A DNA stretch of 59,145 nt, filler included, from Sphacelaria rigidula (lineage: Eukaryota), in the NCBI GenBank assembly GCA_964200075.2. It is 7 parts of 7 records of this genome, joined end to end, with 100 filler letters (N's around TTAATTAATTAA, not from the genome) between each part and the next. Parts side by side here need not be neighbours in the genome. Positions count along the whole stretch, not along the records: positions 42,321 to 50,683 come from CAXNAA020011384.1; positions 50,784 to 59,145 come from CAXNAA020011385.1; 5 more parts are not named here. One strand, written 5' to 3'. The translations under genes and the position numbers were made by a program. Within the stretch, counting starts at the first letter, position 1. Each line of letters begins with the position of its first letter. The notes under the pieces are model-generated. The model was not told the DNA's origin, made no database searches, and was given only the letters and a program-made list of their open reading frames with translations. Positions 50,159 through 59,145 of this stretch are shown one piece after another.

Positions 50159-51611
50159 CAGTATAAAATTTGCACACATCGGATCAGTCATTACTCGTCG
50201 AAACGAGTGCACTTGTGGATGTTTTTCGAAAACTCAACGAGCATGACTCGTGCGCTCGAGTCATTACCATTTTTTACAACGAGCAGCTCGACGAGTGCGA
50301 GTGCCACGAGTCACACTCGTGCCCGTCCGTCGTGTAAAAATTTTAATTTGCTTTTCTCCTTGTCCGCTCTGTCCAGATGGCCTCAGGTTTCCATGCCAAG
50401 GATCTCTGTCCACCGCAGCTGATCGCATCCGCCAACGCTTCGGCAATAAACCGGGGGACAGACGGCCGGGTGTCCTCTCCCCTCCTTCCCCCCCCCCTCA
50501 AAAACTCAAATTTTCGATCTTGGGGCCTACATGTCCAGATTGTTCTCTACGCTGTCCTGCTGTACATCATGCGTCCACTGCTGTAAACTGGACACTACCG
50601 TAGCTTGCATTAGATACCACACCCCCAGGAGCGATTCCCAAAGTTCGATTACTCCACAACGAAGAGGGTGCCAACATCAAACGNNNNNNNNNNNNNNNNN
50701 NNNNNNNNNNNNNNNNNNNNNNNNNNNTTAATTAATTAANNNNNNNNNNNNNNNNNNNNNNNNNNNNNNNNNNNNNNNNNNNNAAGATGATGGGCCTGAC
50801 CCGCGCCCGCCGCCCCTCGGCGGGGGGTGTGGGGGGGGGTCAAAAGTTAGCGAGGGGGGGGGGGGGGGGGGGGGGGGGGTTGATTGCACGAAAAAACAGG
50901 CTCAAGAGTGTGTTAGACGACCTGCCACACACGTGGTGCGCTTGCATTTGGTTCAAAACGGTATCAACTGGTATGAACGAGCGTTATATATCTATAACAA
51001 GCTCGTTCGAGCAAGCGTTGCTCCTTTCAAGGACGATTTGACTTGGAATTTTGTGCAAGTAGTGGTCCAAAATACCCTCCCCCTCTTATCGTAGGATGAC
51101 TCGCAAAAGGATAGTTGCTAGAGCCACAGCCCGAGCCCGTTCGAGGGTGTGCTGTAGTGGCGAAACTGGTATTTCTTCGAGGTCTACGATGAAAAATACG
51201 AAGTGAAGAGGGCATTGGTCATAATCATTCATGGCTTTTCTACTGGGAGAGGGGAACTCACGACCCTGCCTTTAGTGTATATTCGACGTTGCATATGGAC
51301 GCAGCTGCTCATCCCAGTATAATGCAGTGTCTCGATGCCAAAATTAAGTGGTATGCAAGAGAGTCGCACTACACAGCGCATGATATCTCTAATACGCTCG
51401 TCACTCGATCCCTTGACAAAATGAGGGCTGGTATCCCATGGTGCACGAAGATATACTTCAAAGTATATGTTTTGAGTCATTTCAGTTCTTCATCTCGTCC
51501 ACCATGTCATTCGCGATGGACAGAAAGGAAGCAATGGTGCAGGCATCGAAATTTGGCGCCCAGGGGTCGAAAGATTCGTAAGCCGGTGATGTTTTCCTTC
51601 CCTCCCTTCAC

Positions 51612-51810
51612 CTCGTCGAACACGTCTTTCATGATGGACAGAAAAGTGGACGTTGCACAAACATCGAACCGCCGTTCCTTGCAGAACGCGTAATTGTAGT
51701 AGTGGAAATCCAGCACGACGTTTTCCTTGTCCGTCAGTCGTCCGAGGTTATCGTCGACGCTCTCCCCTCCATCCCCTGCACTGCCAAGCCCAAGGTACGT
51801 CGACAGCAGG
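51612..51810 (-). CDS. CFAP119: CFAP119/CCDC189-like (CLAMP, C1a-32 family) flagellar central-pair protein, exon
   Basis: ccccag|C ... GAG|gtgaag, phase 2/0. VVLDFHYYNYAFCKERRFDVCATSTFLSIMKDVF fits the family motif LDFHxxxxxFCxxxxFxxxxTSxFLSI. Confidence 0.75.
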
Positions 51811-52556
51811 CTGGGGAAACGATATGGTAGAACAGAGAGGACGGGTGTATTAAGAACATGTTCCAGGCGTGAATATATGAAACAAGATGAGACTTTTTCA
51901 CGCAATCGGGTTGACTTCTGAACAAATCGTGAGTTGCTCGTTTGTCTACGAGTGCTTGTTTAGTCGAATTTACAGAGCGTATCACCCGTCTAGGTACCGT
52001 ATGTTCCACGCTTATACCTCCAGCCCCCGACCAGATTCGTAGTGGATCAGTCAATGTGCCACATCCAATAAATCGGTCAACCTAGTATTGGCCTTCGTCT
52101 ATACCATATGTGAATGTATCTCGTTCAAAGCGAGTAGCAGAGTAAATGATCGCTCCACGGTAGGGGGTTGTCCTTGTATTTTGCTTCCGAACTATGGAAC
52201 AGTTCCTCCATCTTTTGTAGGGAAACAACCGTCATCACTCCCCACCTGCTCCACCACCCCATGACACCAGGTCGCCAAAAAAGCTCCATTTTCTAAGCTA
52301 GTTATTGGGGACTTGGAGTAATATGGCCCGTAATTGAATTGCTGTTTTCGTATTTATCCCTTTCGTTGAACGTCCCAATAGATAATTCACGATTGTTTTC
52401 TGTTGTTTTTTTGTTGCTGCTGCTGTTATTGTCGTTGTTGTTGCTGGAGAAGGAAGAGGAGAAGGAGGAGGTGATGATGATGGTGGTCATGGTGGTCATA
52501 GTGATGATAGGGAGAGGAGGGGGGGGGGAAGGAGGCAGTGAAAGGGAGATGACAAG

Positions 52557-53695
52557 GGACGGGTGCTCGTCGCACGAAGACCTGGAAGATGACAAGGGAC
52601 AGATGATGGTGATGGTGTATCCGCCGAACTGCACCAGCGTACACCAGCCCATGGACCAGGGGATCAATGCGACCACGAAGGTGTTCTACAGCAGGGAGCT
52701 CCTCCACATCAAGCTATCAACCATGCTCGTGGCGTCGCAACTGCGCGTCGAGGCCGCGGAGCACAAGATGGCTCGAGGTACGGCAGGACTGGCTAACGGA
52801 CACCACCCACACATGTCCGAGGCGGCGGAACTGCCAAGCTATCATGGGACAAGGTCACCACGCAGACCATTGCCAGGTACGAACAACGGATCAACAGTGC
52901 GAATCTTGCCACCGTCTTGTGATTGCACAAGCGGTCCTTTTATTTGCCCCCCTTTCTTTCCCTTCGCCAGACCCTCGCGTCTTGCTGGGGTGTTTCCTTC
53001 GAGCCTCGTATTGATTCCGAAGAAACTTAGTGTATTTCCTCAAGTAATCATGCTCAATTGTCTTCCCCTTCTGTGTACTGCCATTCCAGCGTCTACGTCA
53101 ACCAAGGTGCTGGGTCAAGGCTGAGACTCTTCCGAAGAAGATGGAAGCGGGGATCGTGGCAAAGCACGGAAAGGTAGGACGAGCGGGATCGAAGGACCCG
53201 GTGGAAGAGCTCACTGACACCCTAAAAAAAGTGAGCTTTCGTGTGGCCGCAACAAAGGACCATGAATCGCCCCCCACCAAAGAGATCATCGACCTCTTGG
53301 CGAAACTGGACACGAACCCGGGCGAGGCTGTCGGCGAAGCTGTCATCGAGAGTTTGAAGAAGTGGGCAACTTTCGAGGACCAGGAAGATGTCGTAGAGGC
53401 CTTGCGTCTGGACGCGATGCACGAGGTGGCGGAGCACTTGAGCGGCACCTACGTGAAGGATGTGGGAGTCTCTGATGACCAGGAGGGAGGAAGCGATGGA
53501 GAGAGCACGGTGGGCGGGGGCATACAGCCGCCGCCTTACTCCCAACTCTCCCAACACTTCGGCCCTCTGGAGAGGGCAGCGGGGGAGTCTAGCAATCGCG
53601 AAGCCGCGTTCCTCTTTCAGAAGGCCAAAATGGCGATGATCAAAGCTTACGCACCTAAAACCGCGCGGCAGTCGGACATGAGGGAGTTCATGTAG
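52557..53695 (+). pseudogene. pogo/Tigger-type DDE_1 transposase, 3' half, with an intron at 52877-53106 and one frameshift
   Basis: DGCSSH...YPPNCTSVHQPMDQGI is the pogo second/third Asp region, followed by WDKVTTQTIAR|CWVKA after splicing. The C-terminus is RQSDMREFM*. Confidence 0.85.
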
Positions 53696-54395
53696 GCAGA
53701 TGGATGGAGTCTTGGAGCTGTTGTCTTGCATAGAGTAAGGGTTACTGCAACGAGTACAGTATGTAATGATTTCGATCTACAAGCGTGGGGGGAAGTAGTG
53801 CTTAACCGTACTCAAGGGCCAAGCTTCATGGACGCAGCTCGTATGGTTTTTTGTTCGGCGCTACAGTATATTTTTTTGCCATGCCGTGAATTCATGTCGG
53901 CTGTTCTTCTTTAGTTTTGTTTTTCACGAAGGTGTTATCGTTGTTCCTTGCATCAGCACCCGAGAGTAGGTGTTGGTTTGGGCAAGTTAGTCTTCTACAC
54001 TAGCAGAGGGCTTGTACGGTCTTGGATGTAATGTACCGTACAAACACGGGAAGCGGGGTCGTTGGCATCAGGTCTCGAATACAATACAGTATATATCGCC
54101 GCAGAAATTTTCAGGTTCAAAAATTGGTGTTTGGGTTCCTCCTACCCGGGTGAATACATGATGCGTGGCCATAGTCTATTTTGTACCCAATGACGTGCCT
54201 TGGGGATATATCCACTACACTAGCAACCTCTCGTGGCTTTTGCTGGCCTTGAATAAGGCGGTCACCGCCTTAATGAGACAATCTCGGACCCTACATGAGG
54301 CGGCTGCCGCCTTTCATCGGATATGAAGCGGCAGCCCGATATACGGCGGTAACCTTCCCCACGCACACCACCGCCTTATATCGGGACCCTTACTG
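52557..54395 (+). mobile_element. 5'-truncated pogo-family DNA transposon inside the CFAP119-like intron
   Basis: The right TIR ccgccttatatcgggacccttactg is followed by TA (reverse complement TA|CAGTAAGGGTCCCGATATAAGGCGG). Subterminal AAGGCGG/CCGCCTT repeats lie at 54250-54380. Confidence 0.75.
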
Positions 54396-54825
54396 TACCA
54401 CAAATCGGCCTAATACGGGGAAAAATATCAAGTCAGCGTGTCTTGCAAGGTACTCATCTGTTGTGCGTACATTGGACAAGCTCATCATGACACCCGGCAC
54501 ATTTCATGCCCGATAAGCCCAACTAAGGCGTGGAACGACACTACAATACGCGCCTCAAGATACCCCTTCAACGACAAGCATAAACCAACGGAATAAAATA
54601 TAGCCCAGGCATTGATGTTGTTGCCGCCACGCTGTGTACAATTTGTTAATCCGCGATCAGTACCGGGCTTGCTCCAATCGATACACTGTAGCAAGCCCAC
54701 CTTAACACATACAAAGTCTGAATTCGCTGGTCTTGCTAAATGGCAATATACTACATAGAAATTTTAAAGGATACACCCATTAAATGCGCGTATGCCGTTC
54801 GAAAGCGCAAACCCACAACACTCAC

Positions 54826-54908
54826 CTCCTGCATTGGTCATGCTTCAAGGCAGCCTCCAGGCAGTTGATTTGCTCCCTGTTAAAGTGCTTCCATGCGACA
54901 GAAGTAGC
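54826..54908 (-). CDS. CFAP119: CFAP119-like, preceding exon
   Basis: tgctcag|GCT ... AG|gtgagt, phase 0/2, joining 51810 in frame. It reads ATSVAWKHFNREQINCLEAALKHDQCR-SLLSTYLGL. The start exon was not resolved. Confidence 0.7.
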
Positions 54909-56514
54909 CTGAGCAGAAAGCGACGAATGGGATCACCAGCTTCTCCCTAACCATCATATTGGCCGAAGTTCAAAAGGTTGAATACAGGTGCGTGAGGTAG
55001 TCCATATGCATCGCCGCGGGGTAAGTCTGGGCCCAGACTTCTACAGACAGCAGTGGTTCCGCGCGATTCTAATTTCTGACACTACAGAGAGTTGAACTAT
55101 GTTATTGTGATGAAATCATGACGCGTGAAGTTCGTACTGAGCCCGAAGTACAGACTCGCGGGTAAACGTCGTGGGATCCTTTCAGCACAGCGCGCCTAGC
55201 AGAACAACCTCTTCGCAGCGCTGTCACTAGGTAGCTTATCCACCAGCATTTCACCAGATCGCGCGATCTGCAGATCGTCCGTCTGTGCAGGATGTCTGCC
55301 ACGGTGGATTGAGATGCAGAACATCCACAGTGGGCAGGGGAACCAATCAACAAGCTATATGGCAGACATGTTGGTCTGATACAAGTTATTACCATCGTTC
55401 TCGCGATCAGTACGCTCCCGGATCGCAAGAGGCGCAGCAAGTGAGTGCGGCCAAGACACTGCGGCGTGATCATCAACGCTCGGAAGACTGGGAAGAAACC
55501 AAATGCGGTGGAATATTTCCTCGAATCGGCACAACACGGCGGGGGAACCACCAACGATTGGGATTCAACGCGAGTTGCCCGCATCGTAGACGCGAGGCGC
55601 GGAGTACTTCGCGGTCAAAGTTTCACGCCGAGGATGGTGAGGCGCGGAAAATACTTGCCGACATCATGAGAAAGATGTTAGATTAGGTTCATTCAGATAT
55701 GAGCAGCTACAGAGTCAAGTATCACCGTCTGCCGCCCTCTAGAGAGGTCGAAGCGAAAGGAGCCGAACAAACTGGCTCGAAATACTGTACTCTGAAGCTG
55801 TTGCAAACGCGCGGTTCTTTCTTCGCATGAACCCTCTTTTATGTTTGCGACAGGTCAACTCAATGCGAGGGGAGAGTGGCCCTACTGCTGTAGGATTAAA
55901 TTACGCTTGGCTCTCTTCAGCCGGCTGTTGCGCTCCCTTGAGAGTCCACCGCTGATCGTGGCGGTTGTAATACAGCGGACACCGTACAAACGTTTTCATG
56001 GAGAATTCTGCCGACAAGGAGTGTGATGGTGTGATGTGGGACTACATTCGGCCGTCGGCGGCCTTTCAAAACAGTGGAAGCTATGCTCACCCTTCGACTC
56101 CTCGGTAATAGTATATCTATGACGTTTATGCCTGAATTTCGTGTTTGACTACTATGCCCGTCTTAGTGATGCCGTTATGCCTCAACCCGGTTCCACAAAT
56201 ACACCTCTGCGATAGATGGGTCGGTCGGAAATATGGGTTTCAGTCGATTCTGCCTTCTGCCCAACGAATGCGTAACCGTATCACAGATTTGAAATTGGCC
56301 TCGCAATTTGCGGCTCCCGAGACAATTTCAGCTTGCAGCTTCGTCGATCAAGCATCAAGCGCACCTCGCACGCTCGATTATATTGCCCAATGGATTCCTC
56401 GGGGTTTTTTTTTTCCGGGTCGAATGTTTTCCTACGACCGTTTGCGACCTCGGTAGATTTGCGGTATGTATACCTGCAAGTCACGTGTGTACCGATGACG
56501 ATGCTGATTTGAAC

Positions 56515-56570
56515 TGATTGATTGTCGCACTTTAAGTGACCCCCCAGGGGTCCAGCCGTGGTCTCATGAT
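56515..56570 (-). mobile_element. 3' end of the same (AATC)n-tailed retroposon
   Basis: The reverse complement reads catgagaccacggctggacccctggggggtcacttaaagtgcgacaatcaatc. Confidence 0.6.
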
Positions 56571-57679
56571 AGACGTACCGGAGAAAAACGAAACAGAAAC
56601 ACGCTTTGGGAAAAACGAAGGAACAGAAAGAAAAAAAAAAGAGGGGTCGAACAGAACGACATAGCAGACTAAGTCGTGACAAAAAGATGTGTGGCGACGA
56701 AAGCTTCATCCCACGTCGGTGTATCTGTAGATGCACCATGACCATGGAATCTGACAGGGGGTAGGTTCATTCAAGTTAAATATTTGTTCAAGTTCACTCG
56801 GCGGTGACACTTCGAGTCTCGGACTGCACTACGTGGTTTGACAGACAACGTAGCTGCTTGACAGCCGAGTGCAAACGAACTGAGTGGATCATTCAGTTAG
56901 GCTTCGCTGGGTATCATCTAACAGGATTCAGCTCACGTGCTGGCGCCGAGGACTTCCTCCTGTGTGCTTTTTTAGCTGACGAGTGCGAGCTAATGGGTAT
57001 GGATCACCCTGCTCGGTACCTACATCGGTACGACGCTAGTAATATCAACTTGTTATTGTGCTCGTACGACAAAGCATCCATGGCAATGTCTTCTTGGGCG
57101 AACGAGCGAAGACAAATTCGTCACCGGATCGTTTCCGCATCTCCGCTACTTTGTGTTTTCCAGAGTTCGCTTTTTCCCAGCTGTGCCGAGGACTGATCCT
57201 GCGGAACTACATGTAAGTGAGTTTGATATGTGTTTTTTGTAAGATTGAGGAAGCTCGCTTTGCGCCTTTGAATGAACACTATAGTCAACATCACATAACC
57301 TGGAGTGCATTTGTGCATAGCTGCTTCCTGTGAACACCGATGACCTTACCGTGGCCTGATCGCAAGCCCAGATTTCACGAGTGGTCGAATGAGAGCCTTT
57401 ACTCCAGAGAATATTCGGCAGCGCAAAATTTCTGATGTGCAGTAGGGAAATCCCGTCATCCCGCTGCAAAAACCTTCAGAGATCGCCATTCCCTACCCCT
57501 TGCAAGACTCCAACCCCTCGGCCGTGAAGATGAACTCCTTCAGTCCATGCTTGGCAAAGAATCCCCTCTCATCTGTAGGTTTATAAATACTGCCGTTGTG
57601 TAGATGTCGAAGGTTTTTCACAGAGAAGAATTCGTTCACGTACTGCGGACTACACGCTTTCGCTGCTACCCCCGTACAG

Positions 57680-57812
57680 CCACCGGTGGGGGGTATGGGA
57701 CCCCAGCTTCGCAAGACGAGACATAATCTTTACAAAGGAGGGTTCGTGTCGTTCGACTTGCGATTCACCTACCTCAAGGATGGCGGGCTGATGTCTCAAT
57801 CTCCAGGCCCAG
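57680..57812 (+). CDS. SHIPPO / sperm-tail PG-rich repeat (ODF3/STPG-like) ciliary protein, exon
   Basis: gtacag|CCA ... CCAG|gtaccg, phase 0/1. It ends SQSPGP and splices to GMYD, making a PGPGxY motif. Confidence 0.75.
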
Positions 57813-58030
57813 GTACCGACAGCAATAGCATTGCCGAACCGCTACATACCAGGTCGTTGACAAGAGACATACAAGCGGCTGTATGGGCGCATCTGATCAT
57901 TGTTTCTGACCCGGCCGGGTGCACTCCCGTTCGCAGCGCGAGTAAGCAGGTCTCTATTACATTTGATACACGTTGTCAGAAGTTAACCAAGTCACGTGTA
58001 CTGGTTGCAATCGTGCCTCCATGTGCGCAG

Positions 58031-58206
58031 GTATGTATGACTCGCGGCACCTGACCGGAGGTGCCTTGGTGAAGCGGCCGACCGCGGCCTCACCTTGTTT
58101 TCGAGGAACGGACGGCAGACTAGACTTCGGAAACACCGGTACATGGCACCAGGAAACGCCTTTGACAAGTGCAGAGACCCGGGGTACTGTTCAGGGAAAA
58201 GTTCAG
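58031..58206 (+). CDS. SHIPPO-repeat protein, exon
   Basis: gcgcag|GT ... CAG|gtgtgg, phase 1/0. It reads GMYDSRHLTGGALVKRPTAASPCFRGTDGR. Confidence 0.7.
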
Positions 58207-58640
58207 GTGTGGAGCAGGAACAAGTATCTGGAATCGACTCAGATGCATCACGGACACGAGGCACCATTGGATTCACAGTAGTACATTAGTTTCTCCGTTG
58301 TAGTGGGGTATTGTGGATGTTGCTGAGTTGCATAGAATCGTTGTAGCTGGCCGTCTGCTATTTAAGAGGGAAGGGAATAAACGAACCGGTCTCCCAAGGT
58401 GCTGAATCAAGGTGCGTGGTCCATAAACTTCGCCAGACTATACGTGTCGGACGAAGAAAAAGCGCCATGAAAAACATAGCATCATATGTAAGCGAAAACG
58501 AACGCTAGCTTCGCTAGCACTCGACAATACCATACCGGTACTTTCGTCTTCTTACGTTCCATAGACACCAGCTTCGATGACTTGCGCACCCCTTGAAACA
58601 ATCTCGAAACTATTTCACTTTCAACATGCGCTCCACGCAG

Positions 58641-59138
58641 GCCTCACCACAACATTACAGCCAAGGATTTCGGTCCAAATCCGACCGCTTGATTGTCAAC
58701 AGACCCCTCAAGACCACCCCCATCGAGATCGGCCCGGGTTGCTACGATCTGTCAAAGGATGGCAAATCAGTCGGAGTCAAAACTGAAAAACGCGCCTGTC
58801 CCCAAAAGACCACCACTAACCCTTTCCTAGCAGACTGGCGCACGTATATTCAGCTGGGTTCAGCCCGGTCTCGGCCTCAGTCATCAAGACGCAGTGGTGG
58901 GGGCGGGGGGTGTGAGGAAGCAAACCGGCACAGTGGGAATAACAGTACACGAAGACATCGCGACGGACCAAGTGTTGGTCACAGCAGCCCACTGATACCG
59001 CAACGACAAGGTAAAGGCGCGTCGTTGAAGGGTAGGGGTGGGGGAAGGCGTGATAATCTCGGTAGCAGTTCAACCCTTTTGGGACTGGGCCTCAAGAACG
59101 ACCAACGAGGCTGGTTAGGAATGACGTGTCCTGCATAA
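58641..59138 (+). CDS. SHIPPO-repeat protein, exon (ends at the stop at 59138 or at a donor at 59011)
   Basis: acgcag|GCC, phase 0. SQGFRSKSDR...IGPGCYD contains the FxSxxxR and GPGxY elements of the repeat. Confidence 0.7.
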   Translation, partial: ASPQHYSQGFRSKSDRLIVNRPLKTTPIEIGPGCYDLSKDGKSVGVKTEKRACPQKTTTNPFLADWRTYIQLGSARSRPQSSRRSGGGGGCEEANRHSGNNSTRRHRDGPSVGHSSPLIPQRQGKGASLKGRGGGRRDNLGSSSTLLGLGLKNDQRGWLGMTCPA

Positions 59139-59145
59139 ACATGAA

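Noticed and set aside
52302-52556. Hydrophobic/acidic N-terminus of the 261-aa ORF 52339-53124
   Set aside because: It is translated simple-sequence DNA that happens to be in frame with the transposase fragment.
55291-55440. Possible + strand exon (gtgcag|GAT...CAA|gtgagt) upstream of the SHIPPO gene
   Set aside because: The splice sites are plausible, but the peptide has no recognisable motif and the region may belong to the CFAP119-like 5' end. It is unresolved.

Overview
This is eukaryotic, intron-rich and repeat-rich DNA. Exon structure, repeat types and gene content are most consistent with a brown alga (Phaeophyceae, Ectocarpus-like); that taxon call is an inference. The window is not one locus. 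Six 100-nt N/TTAATTAATTAA linkers join seven contigs of 8365, 8365, 8364, 8363, 8363, 8363 and 8362 bp, which indicates a size-sorted concatenation, so adjacency across linkers means nothing. Contig 1 (1-8365) has the last exon of a cyclophilin (+) facing the last two exons of a TcdA/TCD1-2-like tRNA dehydratase (-), whose final intron is filled with MITEs and holds a disrupted ORF. Contig 2 is mostly repeats. Contig 3 has six exons of an RS/RE/RD-rich protein ending in a winged-helix-like domain. Contig 4 has two different Ty1/Copia elements head to tail: one has a 780-bp insertion in its integrase, and the other has a ~300-nt hairpin at the 5' end of gag. Contig 5 has a LINE remnant, four exons of an uncharacterised algal/plant-type protein, and MITEs. 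Contig 6 has satellites and a 1.3-kb foldback element. Contig 7 has a CFAP119/CCDC189-like gene (-), with an intron-containing pogo transposase inside its intron, lying head to head with a SHIPPO/PG-rich-repeat ciliary gene (+). I found no rRNA, tRNA or CRISPR array. All family calls come from motif recognition by eye, not from database searches.
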